Origin: Halomicronema hongdechloris C2206
GTDB taxonomy: Bacteria; Cyanobacteriota; Cyanobacteriia; Phormidesmidales; Phormidesmidaceae
Length of the DNA: 32,000 nucleotides
Assembly (NCBI RefSeq): GCF_002075285.3
Contig: NZ_CP021983.2
Span: forward strand, 3,630,001 to 3,662,000
Direction of reading: 5' to 3'
A model generated the notes under the pieces. It ran no database searches and was not told the DNA's origin. It saw only the letters and a program-made list of their open reading frames with translations. A program made the position numbers and the translations under genes. Of the stretch, positions 9,142 through 17,950 are shown piece after piece (positions within the stretch are counted from its first letter, which is position 1; the number at the start of each line of letters is the position of its first letter).

Positions 9142-9621
9142 ATGACCAATGGACCGGCACAGAAACTGGTGCCCCCCTTCAATAGTGACAGTGCCCTGGC
9201 TAAGGTGCGTCTGGCCGAAGATGCTTGGAATAGCCGTGACCCCGACCGGGTATCGATGGCCTACAGCGAAGATAGTTTCTGGCGCAACCGGGCCGAAATC
9301 TTTCAGGGGCGTGAGGCTATCCGAGCCTTCTTGCGGCGTAAGTGGGATAAAGAACTCGATTATCGCCTGGTAAAAGAAATGTGGGCCTATGGCGACAATC
9401 GCATCGCCGTGCGCTTTCAATATGAATGGCACGACGATGGCGGTCAGTGGTACCGTGCTTACGGCAACGAAAATTGGGAATTTGATGATAGCGGCCTGAT
9501 GCGGCGGCGAGAGGCCAGCATCAATGATAAGCCCATTGCAGCGACCGATCGCCGCTTTCATTGGCCAGCCCCAGGACCAAGGCCTGCAAACCATTCCGGA
9601 CTGATCGACTCTCCAGTTTGA
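9142..9621 (+). CDS. DUF1348 (COG3558, NTF2/SnoaL-like) family protein
   Basis: [101 protein letters not shown] matches my recollection of the DUF1348 consensus almost throughout. I prefer the ATG at 9142 over the GTG at 9133. Confidence 0.8.
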   Translation: MTNGPAQKLVPPFNSDSALAKVRLAEDAWNSRDPDRVSMAYSEDSFWRNRAEIFQGREAIRAFLRRKWDKELDYRLVKEMWAYGDNRIAVRFQYEWHDDGGQWYRAYGNENWEFDDSGLMRRREASINDKPIAATDRRFHWPAPGPRPANHSGLIDSPV

Positions 9622-9825
9622 TGAGTGATTGCACCACAATAGTGGCTATGCATTCAGGTTGGTCCTGGGGTAGGCTCTGCCACCGTGATCATTACTTCCT
9701 TCCAGTGCTGGTAGGCTCGAGAACCTGCCAGCTCTATCCTCTCCAGCTTTGACTGCTCTGTGATTCGGCGCTACTTTCCCGCCGTCGATCGGGAGTTGCC
9801 TAAGCAGATAGGTTAAGCAGTATCC

Positions 9826-11733
9826 CTACTGGGGCAGTCGACCTTGCTGCTGCAAGATACTGGTCATGTGGGCAGCCGTCATCGGTCTGGCAAACCAATA
9901 GCCCTGGCCATATTGGTAGTTCATACCCAGCATCAGGTCCCGCTGGCTGTCCTGCTCAATGCCCTCGGCCACTAGACCAAATTGCATCCCTCGGGATAGG
10001 GTCGAGACTGCCTGGCAGATGGCCATCTTTTCCAGATCGTCGGCATGGGTAGGAATGAAATAGCGATCGACCTTGACATCATCAAAGCGAAACTGCAGCA
10101 GCTGCGCCAACCCCGATTGGCCGGTGCCAAAATCATCGACCTTCAATCGCAACGACATCTCTCTCAGGGCCTGGAGGCTTTGCAGATAGCGATCAAGGTC
10201 ACGATAGATGCCGCGCTCGGTGATTTCTAAGCCCACCAGTTTGCGCTTGATCCCCACCTCCGAGACCCGTCGCGACATCCGTTCGATAAAGTCGTCATCT
10301 TCCAATTCGAAGGGGCTGATGTTGATAGACAAGGAGAACTCTGGCGCCATTTGCTGCCAGATGGCCAGCTGTTCTAGGGCATGACTTAAGACCCAATCAC
10401 TGACACGATGGACCAACCCGGTCATTTCGGCCACGGGAATGAATTCACTGGGGGAGATGGAGCCCAGGTGGGCAGAATCCCACCGAATCAATGCCTCTGC
10501 CCCAATAATCTCTCCGGTATCCATGTGGCAGATCGGCTGATAGGCCAACCAGAATTCGGCTTCAGTGCTGCGCTGGTAGAGATAGGCCTCTAGGGTAATT
10601 TGACGCAGCCGTCGCTGGGCCAACTCCATATCCCAGACCCGAATGCGATGCTGGGGGTGGTCCGAGTGCCGGTTACGTTTGGCCTCCCGCAGGGCGGTTT
10701 CGGCAGCCTGCAACAGGCGGTTAATGGGGGTATCGTTCCCGAAGGCGTCAATGGGGATCTGGGCAATGCCGATGGACGCACTGATGCCAGCCCCTTGAAT
10801 ATCGATGGCCAGAATATCTTGCAATACGGCGGTGATGAGATCGGCGATCGCATCTGCTTCCAGGGTCGACAGTAACAGCACAAACTCGTCGCCACCGACT
10901 CTAATGGCAATGCCATCATAGGGTTGAATGTGGGATTGCAGCACGGCGGCAACTGCCACCAACAATTGATCGCCGAGCTGATGGCCTCGCTGGTCGTTGA
11001 TTAACTTGAACCGATCTAAGTCGATATAGGCACAGGCCTGCCAGCCATCGATGTCCATCTCGAGAATGCGGCGATTGTACAGCCCTGTCAGCGGGTCGTG
11101 GATGAAGCCGCTGATCTCTGAAAACGTCATGTAAAGGAGGTTGGGCGAGAGGGCCGTGACAATGGTGAGATACCAACCAGAGATTTCGCCATCGTAGTAA
11201 AACTCCAGCCGCTGAGACTCGCCAGAGTTCAGAGTTTGGAAGTAGAGATCGATGAGTGGCACTCTGTAGGGATAGACCTGTTGCCGATGGCTAGGCATTT
11301 TCTCGCAGAGGTCATCGCCCACCTGCAGTAGATTCTGGGTAATGGTCACGGCGGCTGGGTTGATCTTCAGTACCGTCAAGTCGTTCCCGTGACGCTCACA
11401 GAGAATTTTGCCGGTGATGGAGCCTTCCCAGGTGGTTTCTAGCAGATGAAAGGTATCTCCCAGATAGCGTAGCCGGCTGCGACTACCCAGCAGCACCACG
11501 ACCGCCATCCAGGAGACAGCTGCAGTCACCCAATGCCACGGAGGGCTATACATGTGCAGGGCATTGAGAACATGCCCAACACCGCAGCTGAAGACAAAGG
11601 CAATTGCCAACAGCAGATTCAACCAAATTTCTCGGCGGGCTGTCTGCAACAGGGGGATCAGGGTGAGGGGAATGATGAAGTAGGCAAGTGCGATCGCACC
11701 ATTAGACAGCGCCCCATGGGAGATATTATCCAT
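9826..11733 (-). CDS. membrane sensor with ETR1-like ethylene-binding-type TM domain, PAS-like region, GGDEF and EAL domains
   Basis: 635 aa. N-terminal 3-TM module (AYFIIPL..FSCGVGH..VTAAVS). GGDEF domain (DPLTGLYNRR..RVGGDEFVLL). EAL domain (EALIRW..LEITE..VDDFGTGQSGL..VAEGIE). The catalytic motifs of both enzymatic domains look intact. Confidence 0.9.
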   Translation of the reverse strand: MDNISHGALSNGAIALAYFIIPLTLIPLLQTARREIWLNLLLAIAFVFSCGVGHVLNALHMYSPPWHWVTAAVSWMAVVVLLGSRSRLRYLGDTFHLLETTWEGSITGKILCERHGNDLTVLKINPAAVTITQNLLQVGDDLCEKMPSHRQQVYPYRVPLIDLYFQTLNSGESQRLEFYYDGEISGWYLTIVTALSPNLLYMTFSEISGFIHDPLTGLYNRRILEMDIDGWQACAYIDLDRFKLINDQRGHQLGDQLLVAVAAVLQSHIQPYDGIAIRVGGDEFVLLLSTLEADAIADLITAVLQDILAIDIQGAGISASIGIAQIPIDAFGNDTPINRLLQAAETALREAKRNRHSDHPQHRIRVWDMELAQRRLRQITLEAYLYQRSTEAEFWLAYQPICHMDTGEIIGAEALIRWDSAHLGSISPSEFIPVAEMTGLVHRVSDWVLSHALEQLAIWQQMAPEFSLSINISPFELEDDDFIERMSRRVSEVGIKRKLVGLEITERGIYRDLDRYLQSLQALREMSLRLKVDDFGTGQSGLAQLLQFRFDDVKVDRYFIPTHADDLEKMAICQAVSTLSRGMQFGLVAEGIEQDSQRDLMLGMNYQYGQGYWFARPMTAAHMTSILQQQGRLPQ

Positions 11734-12056
11734 AACTCGCCTCTTCCACTAACGGTTCATGACAATGACTTAGGCATCTCTCATCCCCTTCAACCTCGCG
11801 TTACCCTTCCTCAGGGTAAAGACTGCCTGGTTATAGCAACCACCCTTGGGCAAAGGATTGCAACTTTTTTAGGCTTCATAGCCCTTCCCCGTCGAAGCCT
11901 AGGCGGCTAACCTGCTAAGTTATCGCCTAGATCGCAGCCAGATAACTACCGTTGGACCCCTTGTACTCTATCGGGTAGAGCGATTGACAGGGGCTGGGGG
12001 GGAACCCATCATTGCCCTATAAGCCAGCTAAATTTGATATACTCAGAAGCTGATGC

Positions 12057-12128
12057 GGCGACATAGCCAAGCGGTAAGGCAGAGGTCTGCAAAACCTCCA
12101 TTCCCCGGTTCGAATCCGGGTGTCGCCT
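12057..12128 (+). tRNA. tRNA-Cys (anticodon GCA)
   Basis: Hand-folded cloverleaf. Acceptor GGCGACA/TGTCGCC, D-arm GCC..GGC with AGCGGTAA loop, anticodon stem GAGGT/ACCTC with loop CTGCAAA, T-arm CCCGG TTCGAAT CCGGG, discriminator T. No CCA is encoded. Confidence 0.9.
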
Positions 12129-12271
12129 TCTTTAGAGTGATCGAAATCCTTGCCAGGAGGCCTTTTCAGGACTGCATGCTTTTGTGTATTGTTGATGGTC
12201 GTGGCTAATTGTAGATAAGCGAGGGTAGATTTTTAGGCAAATTTTAGGCATGGATTTTCAGCAGCGCCTGA

Positions 12272-12397
12272 ACCGTGCAAATGGACGAACGGGATAGATT
12301 GAGGGTTGACCAGCAAACTGCTTCTACAATGAGGGCATCTGAGTGTCCCTATAGTCATCCCTACTACTGGGCTGCCTTCACCCTATCTGGCCTATGA
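12272..12397 (+). pseudogene. C-terminal remnant of a CHAT-domain protein gene
   Basis: A short open frame ends ..ECPYSHPYYWAAFTLSGL*. SHPYYWAAF(T/I)L.G is the characteristic C-terminal signature of cyanobacterial CHAT-domain proteins. Only about 40 codons are open, with a stop at 12269-12271 upstream. Confidence 0.5.
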
Positions 12398-12539
12398 AAG
12401 ACATTGACAAAACTACCCTCCGAGCCTTTATCTTCGCTCTTTCTCTACATTCACCCTGTTAGCACATCTCCATGAAATGCCTCTAGGCGCTCAACATGCC
12501 AAAAATAAGTCAGTCGGGCAGATCTGGGATTGAAGTGAC

Positions 12540-12667
12540 CCCCGCTTTTTGCTCACCGATGCCTTGAGTTGGGAAGCCCACCGGATTCTGACCACCTGGA
12601 GCTATCGGTGGCCTGTGAGATCTTTCACGAGTTCTGCAAGCAGGTAGCAGGCTTCGAGTCGACTTAG
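12540..12667 (+). mobile_element. decayed fragment of a DDE (IS4/IS701-like) transposase gene
   Basis: FLLTDALSWEAHRILTTWSYRWPV is followed, after a 1-nt frame change at about 12617, by EIFHEFCKQVAGFEST*. Joined, these give the RW-x-V/I-E-x-x-F-x-x-x-K motif around the catalytic Glu of DDE_Tnp_1-type transposases. The fragment is truncated at both ends and no terminal inverted repeats were identified. Confidence 0.45.
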
Positions 12668-13138
12668 AACATCGCGGCAGCGTCAGTTCCACTCATGCGC
12701 TGTCCATAAACTTCCAAGTTGGATCATACACCTACTCACCCGCTGGGGCGTACCCGTAATCAAAAGCATGTCGCTCCAGGGCTGGATATGGGTCTGCTCG
12801 ATTCATATTTCATCACCGCCAGAGAAACTAATACCTATGGTAAGGAGTTAGTGAAGATGGGGGACTGAGATTGTCAGTCCAACCTTGCTAGTGGAACACT
12901 GAATTCTACATGATGTCCTGCTTTTAGCACTAGGTAACATGTTTGATATCTCTAAAGTCTGTCCCGGTGTTCATATATCCTGACCCAGCAGGTCGCAAAG
13001 GTTGCTACCAGGTTAAGCCGCCTTGCTGATCACCAAAATCAATGGGAATAGGCAGGAACTTATTCCTGCGAAACACACTCTACAGTCCTAGGGATTCTCT
13101 ATAGGGCTGTAGCTGCTTACTCATCAGCGATACTGTCT

Positions 13139-14158
13139 GTGTCATTACTCACTATCTCGATTGTCATTCCCGTCTATAACGGTGGGGCAAGCTTCCGTGA
13201 ATGCCTTGCCAGCCTCACATTGAGCCGACGTCCTGCTGATGAGGTGATTGTGGTATCTGATGGTGATACCGATGGTTCGTGGCAGGTAGCAGAAGCATTT
13301 GGGACCAAAGTATTTCGATTACAACGTCCAGGGGGACCAGCCCAAGCTCGCAACATTGGTGCTCAAGCTGCTCAAGGGGACATCGTGTTTTTTATTGATG
13401 CAGATGTAACGCTCCACCCCAACACCTTAGATTTAGTAGAACAGCAGTTTCGACAGCACCCCCAGCTGGACGCCCTAATTGGGTCCTATGATGATGCCCC
13501 TGGAGCCAATAACTTCCTGTCGCAATACAAAAACTTATTTCATCACTACACCCACCAAGTCTCTTCAGAAATAGCCTCCACCTTTTGGGGAGCCTGCGGC
13601 GCCATTCGGCGGTCAGTTTTCCTACAAGTGGGAGGATTTGATGAAACCTACCGCAAACCTTGCATTGAAGACATTGAGTTGGGATATCGATTGACACGGG
13701 CAGGGTATTCCATCGCCCTCTGTAAAGAGATTCAGGTTAAACACCTGAAGCAATGGGAACCTCTATCGCTAATCAAAGCAGAGATTTTTTATCGGGCTCT
13801 CCCTTGGACTACCTTGATTCTACGAGAGCGTTGCGCTAATGCTGACCTCAATTTAAGCCATAGCAACCGATTCAGTGTGGTTTTTGCGTTTGCTCTTATA
13901 GGAAGTGTGGCTGCTAGCGGATTATATCCCTGGCTATTGGCCATTGCCCTGGGTCTCAGTCTAGGACTACTGGTTATGAATGCAGAGATTTATCGATTTT
14001 TCTACCGTAAGCGAGGTTTGCTATTTGCCTTGCAAGTTATTCCCTGGCACTGGTTTTACTTCCTCTATGGAGGAGCAGCCTTTGCCTATGGCACATTGAT
14101 ACACATTATTAGCCGCGTTTATTCATCTAAGCCAGTTGGGAGGTTGGGATGCTTCTAA
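13139..14158 (+). CDS. family 2 glycosyltransferase with C-terminal transmembrane region
   Basis: ISIVIPVYNGGASFRECLASL, VIVVSDGDTDGS, a DxD-like FIDADV, then 3-4 hydrophobic helices at the C-terminus. Confidence 0.85.
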   Translation: MSLLTISIVIPVYNGGASFRECLASLTLSRRPADEVIVVSDGDTDGSWQVAEAFGTKVFRLQRPGGPAQARNIGAQAAQGDIVFFIDADVTLHPNTLDLVEQQFRQHPQLDALIGSYDDAPGANNFLSQYKNLFHHYTHQVSSEIASTFWGACGAIRRSVFLQVGGFDETYRKPCIEDIELGYRLTRAGYSIALCKEIQVKHLKQWEPLSLIKAEIFYRALPWTTLILRERCANADLNLSHSNRFSVVFAFALIGSVAASGLYPWLLAIALGLSLGLLVMNAEIYRFFYRKRGLLFALQVIPWHWFYFLYGGAAFAYGTLIHIISRVYSSKPVGRLGCF

Positions 14159-14184
14159 GCCTAGTCCGCCAAGGTGGAGATAAG

Positions 14185-14233
14185 AGGGCAAAAAGTGAAA
14201 AGGGAAATTCTGAAAATGCAGTCTTTTTGCCCT
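14185..14233. repeat. perfect 11-bp inverted repeat downstream of the first GT2 gene (hairpin/terminator candidate)
   Basis: AGGGCAAAAAG (14185-14195) and CTTTTTGCCCT (14223-14233) are exact reverse complements separated by 27 nt. Confidence 0.3.
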
Positions 14234-14320
14234 AGTTAATAGAGGCGTTATTTCTGCCTCAGAGTACTAGACTAATGGAAAAATTATCGAGTACATTATA
14301 CCAATAGTCGGAGCCTATCC

Positions 14321-15817
14321 ATGGTAAATTCTCGACCTGTCGTCATTATCGGTGGTGGCCCAGCTGGACTGACGGCGGGTTACGAATTAATGAGACATAA
14401 TGTTCGATCTATTGTCTTGGAGAAAGCCAACAAGGTTGGTGGTATTTCTCGAACTGAAACCTATAAAGGGTATCGCTTTGATATCGGTGGCCACCGCTTT
14501 TTTACCAAGGTGAGTGAAGTCCAGGAAATTTGGAAGGACATTTTGTCCGATGACTTCATTCAGGCTCCTCGGTTATCTCGGATTTACTACGACGGAAAGT
14601 TTTATGACTATCCCCTATCCTTGTTTAAGACCCTAAAGAATCTGGGTCCCTTAAGCAGCACCCTGATTCTATTCAGTTACTTAAAGGCTAAGCTAAGACG
14701 ATACTTACACCCTGATTTAGAGGCAATGACATTTGAAGATTGGGTGATTGACTGTTTCGGAGAGCGGCTCTACAGAATTTTCTTTAAAACCTATACGGAG
14801 AAGGTTTGGGGCATTCCCTGCAACCAAATTAGAGCCGATTGGGCTGCCCAGCGAATTCGCAATATGTCTCTGAAACAAGCCGTGCTCAACGCCTTGTTCG
14901 GTAATCAAGATGCCAAGAGTCTGATTAAGAAGTTTGACTATCCTCGCCTAGGTCCCGGCATGATGTGGGAACGCTGCCAAGAATTACTGGAAACCTATGG
15001 TTCGCCAGTTCATCTCAATACAGAGGTAGTTCGGGTTGAGCGGGAAAAGAAGCGGGTGACGAAGGTAATTGCTCGACGGGGTGATAATACTTTTGAGTTG
15101 ACGGGAGATCACTTTATTAATTCCATGCCCATCTCGCTGTTAGCCCATCGTCTATATCCATCACCACCTGATCAGGTGCTAGCAGCAGCCCAAGGGCTAA
15201 ATTATCGTGACTTCTTAATTGTGTCGCTTATTATCAATCGCGATCATCTTTTCCCTGACAACTGGCTCTATATTCATAGTCCTGACTTCAAAGTAGGCCG
15301 CATTCAAAACTTTAAGAATTGGAGTCGGGAAATGGTCCCCGATGCCAGTAAAACCTGTTTAGGCATGGAATACTTCTGTAGTCAGGGAGATGATCTCTGG
15401 GAGATGTCTAATGGGCAATTAATTGAATTGGCCGCCAAAGAAATTGTTCGGCTTGACTTAGGAGTTAAGCCTGGAGATGTTGAAGATGGTTGCGTGATTC
15501 GTCAGCGTAAGGCTTATCCTGTTTATGATAGTGAGTACCGCCAACATTTGCAGGTATTACAAGATTACTTCACATCTTTTGAGAATTTACAAACGGTTGG
15601 ACGCAATGGCATGCACCGCTACAACAACCAAGACCATTCCATGCTGACGGCATTGTTGGCTGCTAGAAATATTTTGGGTGAACAACATGACATCTGGAAT
15701 GTGAATGTTGAGCGTTCCTATCACGAGAACTTTACCGATCAAGAGTGGTCTAAAGTGAAGCTCCAGAAGACTAAAAATCCAGGTATTTACTCGCAACCGC
15801 TACCATCTGTTCAGTAA
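14321..15817 (+). CDS. FAD/NAD(P)-binding oxidoreductase of the amine-oxidase / UDP-galactopyranose-mutase-like fold
   Basis: N-terminal Rossmann dinucleotide motif VVIIGGGPAGLTAGYEL..LEK..VGG and GYRFDIGGHRFF. The C-terminal VGRNGMHRYNNQDHSM resembles the GR-x-G-x-Y-x-Y-x-(D/N)-x-D motif closing the FAD site in UGM-type and related flavoenzymes. Confidence 0.75.
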   Translation: MVNSRPVVIIGGGPAGLTAGYELMRHNVRSIVLEKANKVGGISRTETYKGYRFDIGGHRFFTKVSEVQEIWKDILSDDFIQAPRLSRIYYDGKFYDYPLSLFKTLKNLGPLSSTLILFSYLKAKLRRYLHPDLEAMTFEDWVIDCFGERLYRIFFKTYTEKVWGIPCNQIRADWAAQRIRNMSLKQAVLNALFGNQDAKSLIKKFDYPRLGPGMMWERCQELLETYGSPVHLNTEVVRVEREKKRVTKVIARRGDNTFELTGDHFINSMPISLLAHRLYPSPPDQVLAAAQGLNYRDFLIVSLIINRDHLFPDNWLYIHSPDFKVGRIQNFKNWSREMVPDASKTCLGMEYFCSQGDDLWEMSNGQLIELAAKEIVRLDLGVKPGDVEDGCVIRQRKAYPVYDSEYRQHLQVLQDYFTSFENLQTVGRNGMHRYNNQDHSMLTALLAARNILGEQHDIWNVNVERSYHENFTDQEWSKVKLQKTKNPGIYSQPLPSVQ

Positions 15818-15840
15818 GATAATTGCTGAAGATTAACGCC

Positions 15841-16758
15841 ATGGATAATTATCCTTTCGTTTCAGTGATCATTCCAGTATTTAATGATCAAGAGCGTCTC
15901 AAGCTTTGTTTAGATGCTTTATGTCAACAGACATATGAGCGAACTCGCCATGAGATCATCGTAGTGGATAACGGATCAGAAGACTATGGAAAAGTCCAAC
16001 ACATTGTCGAAGGCTTTGAACAAGCAACTGTAGTCCAAGAGTTGTTTCCGAGTTCTTATGCTGCTCGCAACAAAGGGATTTTACTAGCGAAAGGTGATAT
16101 TATTGCATTTACTGATTCAGATTGTATCCCCGATATTCATTGGCTAGAAAAAGGTGTAAAACACTTAACCAGTCAATCAGACTGTGGCATGGTAGTAGGT
16201 CGTATTGAAGTCTTCTTCAGAGATCCTCAAAAGCCAACATTGGTTGAACTTTATCAGAGTCTAACTGCCTTCCCTCAAGAGCAACACCTCAAAGAATTTA
16301 ATGGGGGTGCTACCGCTAATTTGATTACGTTTAGGGAGGTTATTTATCGGGTTGGAAACTTCAATAGCTCTCTCAAGTCTTTTGGGGATTTTGAGTGGGG
16401 AAGACGAGTGTTTATGGCAGGATACAAACAGGTATATGCGGATGATGTCATAGTGAAGCATCCTGCCCGTAGTTCTTGGCAAGAATTGCAAAAACGCACG
16501 ATTCGAGCATCAGGTGGAGTTTATGACTATTTTCTAGGGAAGCAAACATCTTGGCTGGGCAAGAATAAAATGTTCATGAGATTATTACTAAATGATCTGG
16601 TCCCACCTGTTCATTTTACTATCAGCACTTTTAGAAACCAACAGCTGAAAACTTTTTACGAAAAGCTGAATATATCATTGATTCTTCTAGTGGTTCGCTA
16701 TATTAGCGCACTTGAGAAAATTCGACTTCGATTTGGAGGTGCTTCAATACGGGCATAG
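15841..16758 (+). CDS. family 2 glycosyltransferase
   Basis: FVSVIIPVFNDQERLKLCLDAL, IIVVDNGSED and FTDSDC (DxD). I prefer the ATG at 15841 over the TTG at 15823 in the ORF track. Confidence 0.85.
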   Translation: MDNYPFVSVIIPVFNDQERLKLCLDALCQQTYERTRHEIIVVDNGSEDYGKVQHIVEGFEQATVVQELFPSSYAARNKGILLAKGDIIAFTDSDCIPDIHWLEKGVKHLTSQSDCGMVVGRIEVFFRDPQKPTLVELYQSLTAFPQEQHLKEFNGGATANLITFREVIYRVGNFNSSLKSFGDFEWGRRVFMAGYKQVYADDVIVKHPARSSWQELQKRTIRASGGVYDYFLGKQTSWLGKNKMFMRLLLNDLVPPVHFTISTFRNQQLKTFYEKLNISLILLVVRYISALEKIRLRFGGASIRA

Positions 16759-16879
16759 TCTTATCATAGTGGCCAAAGATGACAGCCTGTGGCAGCTTCT
16801 TATCCATGAAATCGACAAAGTAATATGGCAATTAAATTGCCATCAATTTATAGCTTACAAGAGCAGGTAGGTCAGGCTA

Positions 16880-17923
16880 ATGCTAACAACAGATATGCCA
16901 AAAGTAACTCTAGTCGTTGTCCCAAGAGAACGCTTTAGCTGTACAGCTCGATCACTTGAAAGCATCTTTGAACATACGAAGGTTCCCTTTAAACTAATTT
17001 ATGTCGATGGAAACTCACCCACACCAATTCGAGAATACTTGGAGAAAAAAGCACATGAAAGACAATTTGAGTTAATTCGAACTGACAACTATCTACATCC
17101 AAATGCAGCTCGAAACATTGGCTTATACAGAGTTCAAACAGAATACTTAGTCTTTATAGACAATGATGTCGTTGTCTCAGATGGATGGCTAGATGCTATG
17201 GTGAGCTGTGCCGATAAGACTGGTGCAGATGTAGTTGGTCCTCTAGTTTGCCAAAATGAGCCCATACACACAGAAATTCATTGTACAGGAGGAGAAGCTC
17301 GCATTATTATCGATAAATTTGGCAAGCGGAGGCTCCGTGAGAAACTCTACAATCAGGGCAAGAAAGTTATTGACTTGATATCTCGCCTTCAACGTATTCA
17401 GACTGAAATCGCTGAGTTTCACTGTGTTTTAATTCGTAAAACTATCTTTGAACGTATCGGTTATTTGGATGAGGCGTTGTTGAACACCAGAGAGCATGTC
17501 GATTTTTGCCTACTCGTGACTGAGGCTGGTGGTAGCATTTATTTTGAACCTAGCTCGATTGTCACCTACGTTCCTGGACCACCTTTAAAGCTGAGTGACA
17601 TACCCTTTTATATGCTGCGCTGGAGTGATGACTGGGAACTTAAGAGTTTGCATCATATCTACCGTAAGTGGGATGTCGTAGAGGACGGCTATTTTAAAAC
17701 AAGATATCGTCGCCGTGGTTGGCGTAGATATGTAACACTATTTCATCCACTCTCTAAGAAACTCCTTTTTAACTGGAATTGGGGTAGTCATTTCCTGGCT
17801 AGGGTATTGGGCAAGTTAGATCATTTATTCCTTAATCCTTATCTGACAGCTGTTTATGCAAGACGTCAACGATCCGCTCCAAAGACAATAGTTTCGGCTG
17901 GGTCTTCTGAGTCAATGATTTAG
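16880..17923 (+). CDS. GT-A fold (GT2-like) glycosyltransferase
   Basis: VTLVVVPRERFSCTARSLESI, LIYVDGNSP and FIDNDVVVSDGWL (DxD). It is more divergent than the other GT2 genes. Confidence 0.7.
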   Translation: MLTTDMPKVTLVVVPRERFSCTARSLESIFEHTKVPFKLIYVDGNSPTPIREYLEKKAHERQFELIRTDNYLHPNAARNIGLYRVQTEYLVFIDNDVVVSDGWLDAMVSCADKTGADVVGPLVCQNEPIHTEIHCTGGEARIIIDKFGKRRLREKLYNQGKKVIDLISRLQRIQTEIAEFHCVLIRKTIFERIGYLDEALLNTREHVDFCLLVTEAGGSIYFEPSSIVTYVPGPPLKLSDIPFYMLRWSDDWELKSLHHIYRKWDVVEDGYFKTRYRRRGWRRYVTLFHPLSKKLLFNWNWGSHFLARVLGKLDHLFLNPYLTAVYARRQRSAPKTIVSAGSSESMI

Positions 17924-17950
17924 TTTGACTGGAGAGCATTAGATATTATT

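Noticed and set aside
9622-9825. Imperfect hairpin CTGGTAGG..CCTGCCAG between the convergent DUF1348 and GGDEF-EAL genes, as a bidirectional terminator.
   Set aside because: The stem has a mismatch, there is no flanking T/A tract, and stability cannot be evaluated by hand, so the support is too weak to call.
12510-12692. 60-aa minus-strand ORF in the tRNA-proximal spacer.
   Set aside because: The plus strand of the same segment carries a recognisable transposase-remnant motif, and the minus-strand translation has no features.
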